NCBI GenBank assembly: GCA_030649205.1
Contig: JAUSGE010000014.1
Coordinates: 28,717-92,716 of the forward strand
DNA length: 64,000 nt
Direction: 5' to 3'
DNA from: a bacterium
GTDB lineage: Bacteria; Patescibacteriota; Patescibacteriia; Patescibacteriales; GWC2-42-12
Positions 17,179-28,432 of this stretch are shown here, in pieces. The translations under genes were made by a program, and so were the position numbers. The notes below the pieces were generated by a model. It did not search any database. It saw only the letters and a program-made list of their open reading frames with translations, and was not told the origin of the DNA. Each line of letters starts with the position of its first letter. Position 1 is the first letter of the stretch.

Positions 17179-19620
17179 ATGTTTAAAAAGTATAGGCTGG
17201 AAATTATTATTTTCTTAATAGCGTTGATTTTAAGATTAGCGTTCGCCGGTATCGTTTATGGCCAGAGCGATTTTAATTATAGCCGATTTTTAGGCAAGCT
17301 AAAGGCTGATAGTTGGCATGACATAGCGCGGAATCTGGTTAATAACAAAATTTATTCAGATAATCAGATTTCGCCGGATTCGGTTAGAACCCCCGGCTAT
17401 CCGGCAATGATTGCCGTTTCTTTGTATATTTTTGATTCTGTTTGGCCATTTCTTATTTTCCAGGTTATTATTGGCAGTTTGCTGCCTTTGCTTGGCCGGA
17501 AAATAAGTTTGGAAATTACGCGGAACAATAAGATTTCCAATCCGGTGGCTCTGATTTTAGCGATTGAACCCATGGGGATTTGGCTATCCATAATGTTAAT
17601 GACAGAAACTATTTTTACCTTGTTTTTTCTTTTGTTCGCGTTGTTTTTTCTTAAATTCATAAAGATAAATCAAGAGCCTGAAGCTCGAGTTTATGATAAT
17701 TTCAGTCATATTGTTTTGGCCGGCCTTTTTTTGGGCCTAGCCACTCTGATCAGGCCAACGACATTTTATTTTCCCATAATTTTAATAATCGGCTGGATTA
17801 TCTATTGGTATTTTATAAAGCATAAATTGTTATTAAAATATCTTTTTGCCTTTTTGACAATTTTTAGCATCGCCGTCGCCCCCTGGCTTTACCGGAATTA
17901 TAAAGTTTTCGGCACGGCCGAGCTTTCAGCCAGCCAAGCGGAGGTATCATTTTGCTATTTGGCTCCTTCGGTGCTGGCCATAAAAGATAAACAAAGTTTT
18001 TCACAAGCCCAGAAGAATTTTTTTAAATCTCAAGGATTTGAAAACTGCCCCAGAATAACTTTAGATAAAGCTCATTGGTTTCAGTCGCGCGTCATTGAAG
18101 TGTCTAAAGAAAATCCAAAAGCTCTGGCGCGGATTTTAGAAATTAGCTTACTGACCTTTTTTACTCATGACGGAGTTTTGAACCTGTTGAGTTATGTCAA
18201 TGCTACAGAGCCATCGGGGTTAACCGCAAGGCAAATAGCGGCACAGCCATGGCCTGAAATATTGCGGACAGCCAGAAGTTTGATTTTTAGCCCGGCTCTT
18301 TTAATAATTTTGGCGCGCGCGTTATGGATTTTAATATTTTTTCTGTTTATTTCAGGAGCGGCTTACGGGCTGATTAAAAAAAAGTTCACAGTTTTTTCGG
18401 CTTTTGCCTTGGCTTGTATCGCTTATTTCGCCTTGACGACAAGTATCGGCGGCTTTGGCGTTAACGCCCGTTTTAGATTTCCGGTTAATGTTTTTATTTT
18501 TGTCTTCGCGATTGGTTTTCTGCGCGAGATTATAAATAGCGGGAAAGATAGAATTTCTGGCAGGGCGAGATTATTGATTTTAACCCAAAAAATTGATCTT
18601 GATGACGATGTGCTTGGTTTTATGCACGGCTGGGTCGCTGAATTCGCGAAAAGATGCGAAAAAATAACGGTGATTGCTTTAAGCGCCGGTGAATATAATT
18701 TACCCGGGAATGTTAAAGTTTTGTCATTAGGCAAAGAAGAGGGTGAATCAAAAATAAAATATTTGGCTAATTTTTATAAGTATATTTGGCGCCATAGAAG
18801 CGAATATGACCATATCTTTGTGCACATGAACAAAGAATATATGCTGCTGGGCTGGCCGTTTTGGCGGTTATGGGGTAATAAAACAACGCTTTGGTATAAT
18901 CATCGCTACGGCAATATACCGGGTGAACTCGCGGGCCTGCTGGCGAACCAAATTTTCTTTACTTCGCCTTTCTCCTTTTTTTCTAGAAATAAGAAAGCCA
19001 GGCAAATGCCGGCCGGCGTGGATACTGATAAATTTATTAAGAATATTCAGGCCGAAAAAATAAAAAATTCTATTCTTTTTTTGAGCCGCATTTCACCGGT
19101 TAAAAAGGCTGATGTTCTTTTAAGGGCGGCGAAGATTCTTGACGCCGAAGGAATTGATTTTATTTTGGATTTTGTCGGCGCCCCTGGCCTGAAAGACGCC
19201 GCGTATTTTAAAAATTTAAAAAATGAAGCGCAAGAGCTGGAAAAAACAGGCAAGGTAAAGTTTTTAGGCAATGTGTCCAATAATCAGGCGCCGGCCGTTT
19301 ATAATCAGCATAGGATCTTTGTGAATTTAACCGATTCCGGCTCTTTTGACAAAACTATTTTAGAGGCCATGGCTTGCGAAATAATGCCGCTGGTTTCCAG
19401 CCGGTCATACGAAAAAGTCTTGCCGCCAGAGTTGATTTTTAAAGAAGATGACGAAAAAGATTTGGCCGAAAAATTATTAAAAGTTTTAGCGATGCCGGAG
19501 CCGGAAACAAAAATTCTTGGCCAAAAATTTCGGCAATACGTCCTGGCCAGCCATAGTTTAGATTTATTGGCGGGGAAAATAGCGGAATCTTTCATAAATC
19601 TTAAAGATGTAGTAAAATAA
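17179..19620 (+). CDS. GT-C (ArnT/PMT-like) membrane glycosyltransferase fused to a GT4 domain
   Basis: About 450-aa polytopic N-terminus (RTPGYP, MTETIF, LATLIRP, PWLYRNY, ARFRFP). C-terminus has LGFMHGW, SRISPVKK, GSFDKTILEAM. Confidence 0.8.
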   Translation: MFKKYRLEIIIFLIALILRLAFAGIVYGQSDFNYSRFLGKLKADSWHDIARNLVNNKIYSDNQISPDSVRTPGYPAMIAVSLYIFDSVWPFLIFQVIIGSLLPLLGRKISLEITRNNKISNPVALILAIEPMGIWLSIMLMTETIFTLFFLLFALFFLKFIKINQEPEARVYDNFSHIVLAGLFLGLATLIRPTTFYFPIILIIGWIIYWYFIKHKLLLKYLFAFLTIFSIAVAPWLYRNYKVFGTAELSASQAEVSFCYLAPSVLAIKDKQSFSQAQKNFFKSQGFENCPRITLDKAHWFQSRVIEVSKENPKALARILEISLLTFFTHDGVLNLLSYVNATEPSGLTARQIAAQPWPEILRTARSLIFSPALLIILARALWILIFFLFISGAAYGLIKKKFTVFSAFALACIAYFALTTSIGGFGVNARFRFPVNVFIFVFAIGFLREIINSGKDRISGRARLLILTQKIDLDDDVLGFMHGWVAEFAKRCEKITVIALSAGEYNLPGNVKVLSLGKEEGESKIKYLANFYKYIWRHRSEYDHIFVHMNKEYMLLGWPFWRLWGNKTTLWYNHRYGNIPGELAGLLANQIFFTSPFSFFSRNKKARQMPAGVDTDKFIKNIQAEKIKNSILFLSRISPVKKADVLLRAAKILDAEGIDFILDFVGAPGLKDAAYFKNLKNEAQELEKTGKVKFLGNVSNNQAPAVYNQHRIFVNLTDSGSFDKTILEAMACEIMPLVSSRSYEKVLPPELIFKEDDEKDLAEKLLKVLAMPEPETKILGQKFRQYVLASHSLDLLAGKIAESFINLKDVVK

Positions 19621-19644
19621 TAAGCGTGCCGTAATTTTTATCCT

Positions 19645-21000
19645 ATGAAAATTGCTTTAGTCAGGCCAAACTACAAAACTCACTTGATTACCCCGCCGCT
19701 TGGCTTGGGCTATATTTCTTCGTATCTAAAAAGCAAAGGCTGGCGGGTAACAATTATTGACGGATTAAATTTAAATTTAAGCAATGATGAAATAGCTAAT
19801 CTCTGCCAAGATTGCGAGGTTGTGGGAATTACATGCCTTTCTGATTTTTATTTAGAGGCGGTTGATTTAAGTAAAAAACTTAAACAGGCCGGTAAAATTG
19901 TGATTTTAGGCGGAGTCCATCCAAGCGTTTTACCGGCCGAGAGCCAAAAAGAATCCGGCGCCGATTATATTGTGGTCGGAGAAGGGGAAGTAACCTTTGA
20001 AGAATTAATCCGGGCATTGAGCCTTGGCCAAAATCCTTATTCCATTGCCGGCGTCTTCAGTCTAAGCCGTCAAACCGAATTTAAACCAAGGGAATTAATT
20101 GTTGATTTGGATAGTTTGCCGTTTCCTGATTGGGGCCAGCTTGACCCCAGAAAATACCAAAAAGCTCCGCATGGCGCTTTGGTAAAAAATTTTCCGGTGG
20201 CGCCGATAGTTTCAACCAGAGGCTGCCCCTATAGCTGTAAATTTTGCGCCAGCCCGCGTTTTTGGGGCAAGCGATTGAGGTTTCGCTCTCCGGAGAATGT
20301 CATAGCTGAAATTGAGCTGCTGGTTAAAAATTTCGGCGTTAAAGAAATACATTTTGAAGACGATAATTTAACATTAAGGCGGGAACATGCCATGGCTATC
20401 TGCAATTTAATTATTGCCAGAGGCGTTAAAATTTCTTGGGCCACGCCTAATGGCATTAGAGCTGACAAAGTTGACGAAGAATTGCTGAGGCTGATGAAAA
20501 CAGCCGGTTGCTATTATGTTGTTTTCGGAATTGAAAGCGGCAACCAAAAAATATTGGAGAATATCAATAAAAAGGAAACTTTGGCTGATATAGAAAAAGC
20601 TGTAAAGATAGCCAATAAGTTAGGCATGATGACTCAGGGTTTTTTTATTTTAGGGCTTCCCGGAGAAACCGAAGAAACCATTAAAAATTCTATTGACTTT
20701 GCCAAGCGCATACCGCTGGACCGAGCGCAGTTCTTGATTTTAGATCTATTGCCTGGCTCGGCTCTATGGGAAGAACAAAAAAATAATTTTGTGGTGGATT
20801 ACAAAAAAGAAAGTTATCATGAGCCGACTTGGGTGCCGGATACGATATCGCCGGAAACTCTTAAAAAATGGCAGCCCAAAGCGTTTCGCTCTTTCTTTTT
20901 TCGCCCGGGTCCGCTATTCTCCCTGATTAAGTTTTTTCGCCTGTCGCAAATAAAATATATTATTAATCGATTAAAAGATTTTAAGATTTTCAATTCTTAA
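19645..21000 (+). CDS. Cobalamin-binding radical SAM protein #3
   Basis: [39 protein letters not shown]. Confidence 0.9.
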   Translation: MKIALVRPNYKTHLITPPLGLGYISSYLKSKGWRVTIIDGLNLNLSNDEIANLCQDCEVVGITCLSDFYLEAVDLSKKLKQAGKIVILGGVHPSVLPAESQKESGADYIVVGEGEVTFEELIRALSLGQNPYSIAGVFSLSRQTEFKPRELIVDLDSLPFPDWGQLDPRKYQKAPHGALVKNFPVAPIVSTRGCPYSCKFCASPRFWGKRLRFRSPENVIAEIELLVKNFGVKEIHFEDDNLTLRREHAMAICNLIIARGVKISWATPNGIRADKVDEELLRLMKTAGCYYVVFGIESGNQKILENINKKETLADIEKAVKIANKLGMMTQGFFILGLPGETEETIKNSIDFAKRIPLDRAQFLILDLLPGSALWEEQKNNFVVDYKKESYHEPTWVPDTISPETLKKWQPKAFRSFFFRPGPLFSLIKFFRLSQIKYIINRLKDFKIFNS

Positions 21001-21004
21001 CTTT

Positions 21005-22531
21005 ATGCCTAAAACCGCGATCATCATCGGCGCCGGTCCGGCCGGCTTAACCGCCGCCTATGAACTTTTAACTAAAACCGACATTAAACCTATCATTTAT
21101 GAGAGTAGCGCCGATATCGGCGGTATTTCCAAAACGCTGAATTATAAAGGCAATAGAATTGATATCGGCGGACATAGATTCTTTTCCAAGTCAGACAGAA
21201 TCATAGAGTGGTGGCAGAATATTTTACCCCTGGAAGCCGTGCCGCCCAAGCCCGGGCCGGATCCGGAGCGGGAAGATAAGCTGATGCTCATGCGCAAACG
21301 CTTATCAAGAATATTCTTTTTGCGCAAATTTTTCGCTTATCCGGTCTCTTTAAGCCTTGAGACTTTGTCCAATTTAGGCATAGCCAGGGCGGTTAATTTT
21401 TTTTTAAGCTATATTAAAGTTCGCCTTATGCCGATCCGAGAGGAAAAGTCTCTTGAGGATTTTTTTGTTAATCGATTTGGCAAAGAGCTTTATGGCACTT
21501 TTTTTAAAGATTATACGGAAAAAGTCTGGGGCCTGCCCTGCAGTAAAATCAAGGCTGAATGGGGAGAGCAGAGAGTAAAAGGGCTGTCCATAGCCAAAAC
21601 AATTTATCACGCTTTTAAAAAGATGCTTATTAAAAGATCTCCTTTGGATCAAAAAAATATAGAAACCAGCCTGATTGAATATTTTTTATATCCTAAATTC
21701 GGACCCGGGCAGATGTGGGAAGAGGCGGCGAAGATTATAAAAGAAAAAGGCGGCGAAATACATTTGAATCATCATGTTGTCGGACTTGATTTGCAAAAAA
21801 ATGAAATAACCGAAGCGGAAATAAAAGTTTTAAATAGCAATGAGATAAAAGTTCAAAAAGCCGATTATTTTTTTTCCACCATGCCGATTAAGGAATTGAT
21901 TCCCGCGCTCGGAGAAAACGCGCCCGGCGGCGTAAAACGAGTCGCTCAAGGGTTAATGTACCGGGATTTTATTACTGTTGGCTTACTGCTTAAGAAACTA
22001 AAGATAAAAAATGATACAAAAATAAAGACCGTTAATGATTTCATTCCGGATAATTGGATTTATATTCAAGAAAGGGACGTAAAGGTGTGCCGGGTGCAAA
22101 TATTCAATAATTGGAGCCCTTATCTGGTTAAAGAAAAAGATAAGGTTTGGATAGGGCTTGAATATGTCTGTAGCTCGGAAGATGAAATATGGGGAAAAAC
22201 GGACAAAGAAGTTTCAGAGTTTGCCATCGGTGAATTATTGAAAATCGGCTTTATAGAAAAAGAAGATATTATTGATTGGGCGGTGATTAGAATGGAAAAA
22301 GTATATCCTACTTATTCCGGAGCTTACGAAGAGTTCGAGACGGTCAAAAATTTTTGCGACCGGATAGAAAATTTATTTTTGATTGGCAGAAACGGCATGC
22401 ACCGGTATAATAATCAAGACCATTCCATGCTGACGGCTATGGTCGCGGTTGAAAATATAATAAATAACCTTAAATCAAAGAAAAATATTTGGGAGGTCAA
22501 TATTGAAAAAAGCTACCATGAAAGCAAATAA
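21005..22531 (+). CDS. FAD-dependent oxidoreductase (UDP-galactopyranose-mutase/PPO-like superfamily)
   Basis: [44 protein letters not shown]. Confidence 0.8.
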   Translation: MPKTAIIIGAGPAGLTAAYELLTKTDIKPIIYESSADIGGISKTLNYKGNRIDIGGHRFFSKSDRIIEWWQNILPLEAVPPKPGPDPEREDKLMLMRKRLSRIFFLRKFFAYPVSLSLETLSNLGIARAVNFFLSYIKVRLMPIREEKSLEDFFVNRFGKELYGTFFKDYTEKVWGLPCSKIKAEWGEQRVKGLSIAKTIYHAFKKMLIKRSPLDQKNIETSLIEYFLYPKFGPGQMWEEAAKIIKEKGGEIHLNHHVVGLDLQKNEITEAEIKVLNSNEIKVQKADYFFSTMPIKELIPALGENAPGGVKRVAQGLMYRDFITVGLLLKKLKIKNDTKIKTVNDFIPDNWIYIQERDVKVCRVQIFNNWSPYLVKEKDKVWIGLEYVCSSEDEIWGKTDKEVSEFAIGELLKIGFIEKEDIIDWAVIRMEKVYPTYSGAYEEFETVKNFCDRIENLFLIGRNGMHRYNNQDHSMLTAMVAVENIINNLKSKKNIWEVNIEKSYHESK

Positions 22532-23594
22532 AAAAATCATTATTTTTTTGGGAGCTCTGATAATCGCCAACTTGGCGGCGGCCTATTTTTTCCTCGGGCT
22601 TGGGACGCCCCCGGGAGATGCTCCCAGTTATCATGATGCCATGGAGTTTCTCTTGGGCCAGGGCGAGTCAGGAGCAGTTGAAGCCATTGTTCTGACCAGA
22701 TTGTTAACTTCCCCGCTGATGCTTTATCTATCAATATTTTTTGGTTATTTTGTTAATAGTTTATATTCCGGGATGATGATAATGAATCTGATATTTTATT
22801 TTTTGATTATTAGTATTTTTTATTTTTTGGTTTATGAAATTTATGGACGAAAGAATGTCGCTCTTTTTAGCACGGTTTTAATAGCAACTAATTATTATTT
22901 AGTCAGTCCGGCCAACGCTTTTTTAGTTGATTTAAGCGGTTGGTTTTTCATGCTGGCCGCTTCTTGGTTCGCCGTTAGGTATTATAAAAGAAAAATTAAT
23001 AAAAATTATTATTTGGCCCTGCTCTTTTCCGTTATCGGAGTATTTTTTAAGGAATACGGGGCGCTTGGCTTGCTGACTTTATTTACCTTGATTTTTTTAT
23101 CGGATTTTTCCTTAAAAGAAAAAATAAAAAAAATTTTATTAGGCGGATTTATGTTTGGCGTTTTACCGCTGGCTTACCATATATTTTTCTATTTAAAATT
23201 CGGTTTTTCATATTTTTCCGTGTATGATTTAACTTATTATCAATACAATATTATAGAACCAAACCATAGCTTCGTTATTCTGATAAAAGTTCTGGGCTGG
23301 GTTTTTTCGTTTGGCTGGTTTTTATTTTTTTACGGCGCTTGGCGCGAATATCGCGATTTTGATAAAGTCAGGCTTAAATTTTTGATTTCACTTCTGCCTT
23401 TATCTTTATCTTTTTTGGCTTGGCCTAGTTTCGCTCAAAGAGTGGCTTTTGTTTTAGCTCCATTATTAGCGATTATTTCCGGCCGAGGCTTGGCTGACGC
23501 AAATAAATACTTAGCCGTTTTGCTGGTTATCGCTTATATTTTTTTTAATTATAATATTGGCCGTTTAATAGAAATTATTAATTTGCCATTATAA
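22518..23594 (+). CDS. Polytopic membrane protein, probable GT-C glycosyltransferase
   Basis: About 10 TM segments. First-loop acidic motif GDAPSY, a KE motif, and position next to a GT2. Confidence 0.6.
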   Translation: MKANKKIIIFLGALIIANLAAAYFFLGLGTPPGDAPSYHDAMEFLLGQGESGAVEAIVLTRLLTSPLMLYLSIFFGYFVNSLYSGMMIMNLIFYFLIISIFYFLVYEIYGRKNVALFSTVLIATNYYLVSPANAFLVDLSGWFFMLAASWFAVRYYKRKINKNYYLALLFSVIGVFFKEYGALGLLTLFTLIFLSDFSLKEKIKKILLGGFMFGVLPLAYHIFFYLKFGFSYFSVYDLTYYQYNIIEPNHSFVILIKVLGWVFSFGWFLFFYGAWREYRDFDKVRLKFLISLLPLSLSFLAWPSFAQRVAFVLAPLLAIISGRGLADANKYLAVLLVIAYIFFNYNIGRLIEIINLPL

Positions 23595-23602
23595 TAGACA
23601 AC

Positions 23603-24295
23603 ATGAGATTATCCATAGTAATACCGGTTTTTAATGAAAAGAATACTATTCTGGAAATTTTAAAAAGAATTGAAGCGGTTGATTTAGGCGCGGAAAAAGA
23701 AATTATTATCGTTGATGATTGTTCTACGGATGGAACTCGGGAGTTATTAAAGCCGATAAAAGGAAAATACAAAATTTTTTTTCATGAAAAAAATTACGGC
23801 AAGGGGCGGGCCTTGCGGACTGGTTTGATTGAGGCGACTGGCGAGGCAATAGTCGTTCAGGATGCTGATTTAGAATATGATCCGGCTGATTTTGCCTTAA
23901 TGTTAAAAATAATGCGGGAGCAGAATGCTTTAGCGGTTTATGGTTCTCGGCGCTTGCATCATAATTATTTTGAAGGCCGTTATTCCGGGCATATTTTTGC
24001 TTTAGGCGGTATTTTTTTGACCTGGCTGACTAATCTTTTGTATAAGACCGGAATAACCGATGAACCGACCTGCTATAAAATGTTTAAAACCGGCTTGCTT
24101 AAAAGTTTAGATTTAAAGTGCGAGCGTTTTGAATTTTGTCCCGAGGTTACGGCTAAAATTGCCAAACGCGGAATAAAGATTATTGAAGTGCCGATAAATT
24201 ATTATCCGCGCCATAAGCGTGAAGGCAAAAAAATTAATTGGCAAGACGCGGTGGAGGCTGTCTGGACGTTATTAAAATACCGTTTTAAAAAATGA
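23603..24295 (+). CDS. GT2, DPM1/GtrB-like polyprenyl-phosphate glycosyltransferase
   Basis: SIVIPVFNE, VDDCSTDGT, QDADLEYDP, DEPTCYK, EGKKINWQD. Confidence 0.9.
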   Translation: MRLSIVIPVFNEKNTILEILKRIEAVDLGAEKEIIIVDDCSTDGTRELLKPIKGKYKIFFHEKNYGKGRALRTGLIEATGEAIVVQDADLEYDPADFALMLKIMREQNALAVYGSRRLHHNYFEGRYSGHIFALGGIFLTWLTNLLYKTGITDEPTCYKMFKTGLLKSLDLKCERFEFCPEVTAKIAKRGIKIIEVPINYYPRHKREGKKINWQDAVEAVWTLLKYRFKK

Positions 24296-24299
24296 AAAA

Positions 24300-25703
24300 A
24301 TGAGTAAAATTTTATTAATCAATCCGCCCTGGATAATTGGCGAAGATAAAAATTTATGGAAAGGCGTGGCCAGCTGCTGGCCAAGCCTAGGCTTGGCTTA
24401 TATCGCCGCAGTGCTTGAGAAAGCCGGACATAAAGTATTGTATCTGGATTGTTCGGCCGAACAGTACACGGTTAAGGAGTCGGCGCAAGCGCTTGAAAAA
24501 TATGATAAAAATTTGGATTTTGTTCTTTTGACCGCCACCACGCCTTTAATTAATAACGCGTTAGCGATTGCGGCCGCCGCTAAAAATATTTTTTCTCTGG
24601 CAAAAATTGTTTTAGGCGGAGTGCATCCCTCAATCCTGCCCGACGAAGTTATGGCGTGCGGCAGCGTTGATTTTGTAGTTATTGATGAGGGTGAAATTAC
24701 CATGAAGGAATTGGCCGGAGGAAAAAGTCCGGCTGAAATTTTAGGTTTATGCTATAAAGAAAACGGACTGATAATAAAAAACGCGCCCCGCCCCCTAATT
24801 CAGAACTTAGACGAAATTCCGCCGCCGGCTTATCACTTATTACCAATGGATAAATATTTTCCGGCCGTGGGGAGTTATAAAAGATTGCCCGTGATGATAA
24901 TGTTTGCCACCAGGGGTTGTCCGGGCCGCTGCACTTTTTGCTGCCGCACTTTCGGAGGCAGAGTTCGCCGCCGGTCAGCTCGTAATATTATTGAAGAAAT
25001 AAAGATTTTACAAAGAGATTACGGTATAAGAGAAGTGGCTTTTTACGATGATACTTTTACTTTGTTTAAAGATGTGGTAAAGGAATTTTGCGATATAATT
25101 GAGAGAGAAAAAATTGATCTTACCTGGTCCTGTTTTACCCGGGTTGATTATGCAAGCGAAGAGCTGTTTAAAATAATGAAGCGAGCCGGCTGCCATTTAA
25201 TTTTATTTGGCGTGGAATCCGCCGATGAGGAAATTTTAAAAAATATTAAAAAAAATATTTCTTTGCGGCAAGTTGAAAAAGTGGTAAAATTAGCGCGTCA
25301 GCTCGGCATAGAAACACGCGCTTCTTTTATGTTCGGCAATCAGGGCGAGACGGAAGAAACCATTAAAAAAACTATTGATTTCGCGATTAAGCTGGATCCG
25401 GACGAAGCGCAATTTAATATCGCTATGGCCTACCCGGGGACAGAACTTTTTAACTGGGCCAAAGAGCGGGGTTATATTAAAAGTTTTAACTGGAGCGATT
25501 ACAGTTATTCCAATATCGTTTTTGAAATGCCGAATTTAGACCGGGCCAAGCTGAAATATTATTACGAGCTGGCGCATCGCCGGTTCTATTTCCGGCCAAA
25601 ACTTATTTTACGGCGCTTGGGGCGTATTAGAACCTTTGATCAGCTATGGCAGGAGGTGAAAGGCGGATTATTGCTGCTCGGTTTTGTTTTTGGCAAAAAA
25701 TAA
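24300..25703 (+). CDS. Cobalamin-binding radical SAM protein #4
   Basis: LLINPP, PSLGLAYIAA, GGVHPS, TRGCPGRCTFC, DDTF, GVES, AYPGT. Confidence 0.9.
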   Translation: MSKILLINPPWIIGEDKNLWKGVASCWPSLGLAYIAAVLEKAGHKVLYLDCSAEQYTVKESAQALEKYDKNLDFVLLTATTPLINNALAIAAAAKNIFSLAKIVLGGVHPSILPDEVMACGSVDFVVIDEGEITMKELAGGKSPAEILGLCYKENGLIIKNAPRPLIQNLDEIPPPAYHLLPMDKYFPAVGSYKRLPVMIMFATRGCPGRCTFCCRTFGGRVRRRSARNIIEEIKILQRDYGIREVAFYDDTFTLFKDVVKEFCDIIEREKIDLTWSCFTRVDYASEELFKIMKRAGCHLILFGVESADEEILKNIKKNISLRQVEKVVKLARQLGIETRASFMFGNQGETEETIKKTIDFAIKLDPDEAQFNIAMAYPGTELFNWAKERGYIKSFNWSDYSYSNIVFEMPNLDRAKLKYYYELAHRRFYFRPKLILRRLGRIRTFDQLWQEVKGGLLLLGFVFGKK

Positions 25704-25752
25704 AATATTAGTTATTTTAAGTTCCGTTTTGGGTTATAAAATAAATAATTAA

Positions 25753-27078
25753 ATGGAAAATTTTTTTAAAAAAAATAAAATATTGATTTTAATTTTAACC
25801 GGCGCCTTTTTAGCCAGCTTGGCATATTCTTTTTATTTTAGAATTGAGCTGGCGGTTGACGCCAGGGCTTATGACAATATTGCTAAAAATATTATAGCTG
25901 GCAACGGTTATCGCGAGGATTTGGGCGGTGATATCGCTCAAGACAATGCGATTACGCGGGTTGGCCCGCTATATGAATTTACGCTAGCCGGCAGCTATAA
26001 AATATTTGGGTACCATTATGAAGCCGTTTGGATTTTGCAGGCGCTGCTCCATGCTTTAACCGCCTGGTTATTGTATTTGACATGTTTGTTAATATTTTCA
26101 GCTAACGAAAAGAGAAAAACAATTGCTTTGCTCGCCGCCGGCATTTTTGCCTTTTATCCCGATCTCATAGAAATTTCAGCCATGCTTATGACTGAAACGT
26201 TGTATTTGTTTTTTGTTTGTCTTTTATTCTATGTGTTTTTCTATTATTTTTCCCGGCCGGATAAATGGCGTCTAGCGCTGGCGCTGGGTTTGATCTTCGG
26301 TTTGGCGGTTTTAGCCCGTCCACCGGTGCTTTTTTTAGCGCCGGTTATAATTTTCCTTTTTTGGAGTAAAAAAAAGTGGCTGCCATTAGCGCTGTGTTTG
26401 ATTGTCTTGTTTTTGGTTTTTGCGCCATGGACCATCAGAAATTATTTAACCTATGGAGAAATAATGCCCTTTGGCGCGGCTGGAAATTATAATTTTTGGA
26501 TTGGCAATTGGCACGGCGGCGATGGCGAGCAGAATCCTCAGCCATTTCATGCCGTTTTCGCGTCAACGCATGCGACTAAAGAAATTAATAGCGAGTCAAT
26601 GCGCCAGTTTAAGTTATTTTTACGCGAGCATCCGTTTGAGTTTTTAAAACTGACCGCGCTTCGCGTTATTAAATATTTCAGTATTGCGAGGCCGATGGGC
26701 TGGTGGTTTTATCAGGCTGGGATTGGGCAGCTGCTTTTTGTTTTTTCTTCGGCCCTGGCTTCAATTATTTTGTTTATTTTTAGCCTTGGCGGAGCGATTA
26801 AGGCTTTTATGCTTCGGGAAGAAAAATTGAATTATTTATTAGCTTTAACAATTTTTACGCCGCTGATTATTTTCGTTACCGTCGTGGAAACGCGCTATCG
26901 GTTCCAGATTTATCCGTTATTGGCAATTTTTGCCGGTTATTATATGGTTGATTTTTATAAAATGAAACATTTGGATAAATATTTTTGGCCGGCGGCGGTC
27001 GTTATATTAACTAACGGTTTTCTTGATTTAATATTAAGCTGGGATAAATTTAAAGAAAGGATATTCAAATTTTTTTAA
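25753..27078 (+). CDS. GT-C (ArnT/GT39-like) membrane glycosyltransferase
   Basis: DARAYD loop, LMTETLY, LARP, PWTIRNY, NFWIGN, RYRFQIYP. Confidence 0.78.
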   Translation: MENFFKKNKILILILTGAFLASLAYSFYFRIELAVDARAYDNIAKNIIAGNGYREDLGGDIAQDNAITRVGPLYEFTLAGSYKIFGYHYEAVWILQALLHALTAWLLYLTCLLIFSANEKRKTIALLAAGIFAFYPDLIEISAMLMTETLYLFFVCLLFYVFFYYFSRPDKWRLALALGLIFGLAVLARPPVLFLAPVIIFLFWSKKKWLPLALCLIVLFLVFAPWTIRNYLTYGEIMPFGAAGNYNFWIGNWHGGDGEQNPQPFHAVFASTHATKEINSESMRQFKLFLREHPFEFLKLTALRVIKYFSIARPMGWWFYQAGIGQLLFVFSSALASIILFIFSLGGAIKAFMLREEKLNYLLALTIFTPLIIFVTVVETRYRFQIYPLLAIFAGYYMVDFYKMKHLDKYFWPAAVVILTNGFLDLILSWDKFKERIFKFF

Positions 27079-27079
27079 T

Positions 27080-28432
27080 ATGAAAGTAATATTATTGGAT
27101 ATTAAAGGCGCCTCGGCCAGAAAATGCGTTAATAAGGATTTATCCGGAGGCATGGGAACCGCCACCTGGGTCGGCGACTCATTTTTGGCCCGTGTTTTTG
27201 AGCGCGTCAAAAAAACAAACGTAGTTCTGCCGGAAATCACGATCGCTTATCTGGCCGCAATTTTTAAAAAATTCGGCTGGGAGGCCGAGGTGGCTGAGAT
27301 TAAAATAGGCTTGGAAAATTTTCGGAAAAAAGCGGATTTGGTTTTAGTGTTAAGTTCTATCGTTGATTGCGGCCATGAATTGGCTATCGTAGGCGAGCTT
27401 AAAGAAAAAGGCTATCATGTTGGAGTGTTCGGATCTTTCGCTACGGCTGTTCCGGAATTTTTTTCCAAGGCTGACTTTGTGATTAAAGGCGAGCCGGAAG
27501 CGGGCGCCTGGCAGATCGCTTCGCATAACTTATTGCCAAAAGGAATTATGGAAGTCGCGCCAATTGCCGACCTTAATTCTTTGCCGTATCCGGATTGGAG
27601 TTTTTTTCCGATTAAAAAGTATTCTTATTCTCCGGCTTTAAATAAAAAACCGGTCGTCGCCATGCTGGCTTCGCGGGGCTGTCCATATGGCTGTTCATTC
27701 TATTGCCCTTATTCAATAAATTCCGGCAGAACCTGGCGCGCGCGGAGCGTTGATAACGTGATTGGCGAGATGGAATATTTGAAGAAAAATTATGGCGTTA
27801 AGGCGGTTGATTTTAGAGACCCGGTTTTTACCTTAAACCGCGAGCGAACCGTGAAATTGGCTCAAGCCATGATAAAAAATAATTTAGGCATAATCTGGTC
27901 TTGCGAAACCAGAATTGATTGCTTGGATAAAGAACTTATTTTAATTATGAAACAAGCGGGTTTGCGGCATATCAATGCCGGCGTGGAGTCATTTAATGAA
28001 GAGGTGCTGAAAAAATCCAAGCGCCTGCCGATTCGCGCCGTTCACCAGGAAGAGATAATTTCTTTTTGCCATAAAAATGGTATTTCTGTCGCCGCTTTTT
28101 ATATTATCGGGCTTGAAGGCGACACTAAAGCCAGCGTCAAAGAGACTATTAAATATGCCAAAAAATTAAATACTCTAGTAGCTCAATTTACCATTAGCAC
28201 GCCCTATCCCGGAACGGAATTTTTTAATCAAGCTAAAGCGCAGGGCAGGCTGCTAACGCAGGCTTGGGAGCAATATGATATTTATACTCCGGTCGTAGAG
28301 CATGAAAATTTAAGCTCGGCCGATCAACTGGAGTTAAAAGAAGAAGCTTTTATCGCCTATTATTTTCGACCGCGTTATTTGCTGACCCATATGCCTAAAT
28401 ATTTATTGCAAAAATTTTTATGGCCGTTTTAA
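27080..28432 (+). CDS. Cobalamin-binding radical SAM protein #5 (CX3CX3C variant)
   Basis: KGEPE, SRGCPYGCSFYC, CETRID, GVES, TPYPGT. Confidence 0.85.
   Translation: MKVILLDIKGASARKCVNKDLSGGMGTATWVGDSFLARVFERVKKTNVVLPEITIAYLAAIFKKFGWEAEVAEIKIGLENFRKKADLVLVLSSIVDCGHELAIVGELKEKGYHVGVFGSFATAVPEFFSKADFVIKGEPEAGAWQIASHNLLPKGIMEVAPIADLNSLPYPDWSFFPIKKYSYSPALNKKPVVAMLASRGCPYGCSFYCPYSINSGRTWRARSVDNVIGEMEYLKKNYGVKAVDFRDPVFTLNRERTVKLAQAMIKNNLGIIWSCETRIDCLDKELILIMKQAGLRHINAGVESFNEEVLKKSKRLPIRAVHQEEIISFCHKNGISVAAFYIIGLEGDTKASVKETIKYAKKLNTLVAQFTISTPYPGTEFFNQAKAQGRLLTQAWEQYDIYTPVVEHENLSSADQLELKEEAFIAYYFRPRYLLTHMPKYLLQKFLWPF

Noticed and set aside
10881-24295. Near-identical N-termini of the two DPM-like GT2s as a recent duplication or recombination repeat
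   Set aside because: Many synonymous differences and divergent C-termini indicate ordinary paralogy.
13144-28432. Annotation of the rSAMs as BchE (Mg-protoporphyrin cyclase) or hopanoid HpnJ/HpnP
   Set aside because: No tetrapyrrole or hopanoid genes in the window. The similarity is only at family level.
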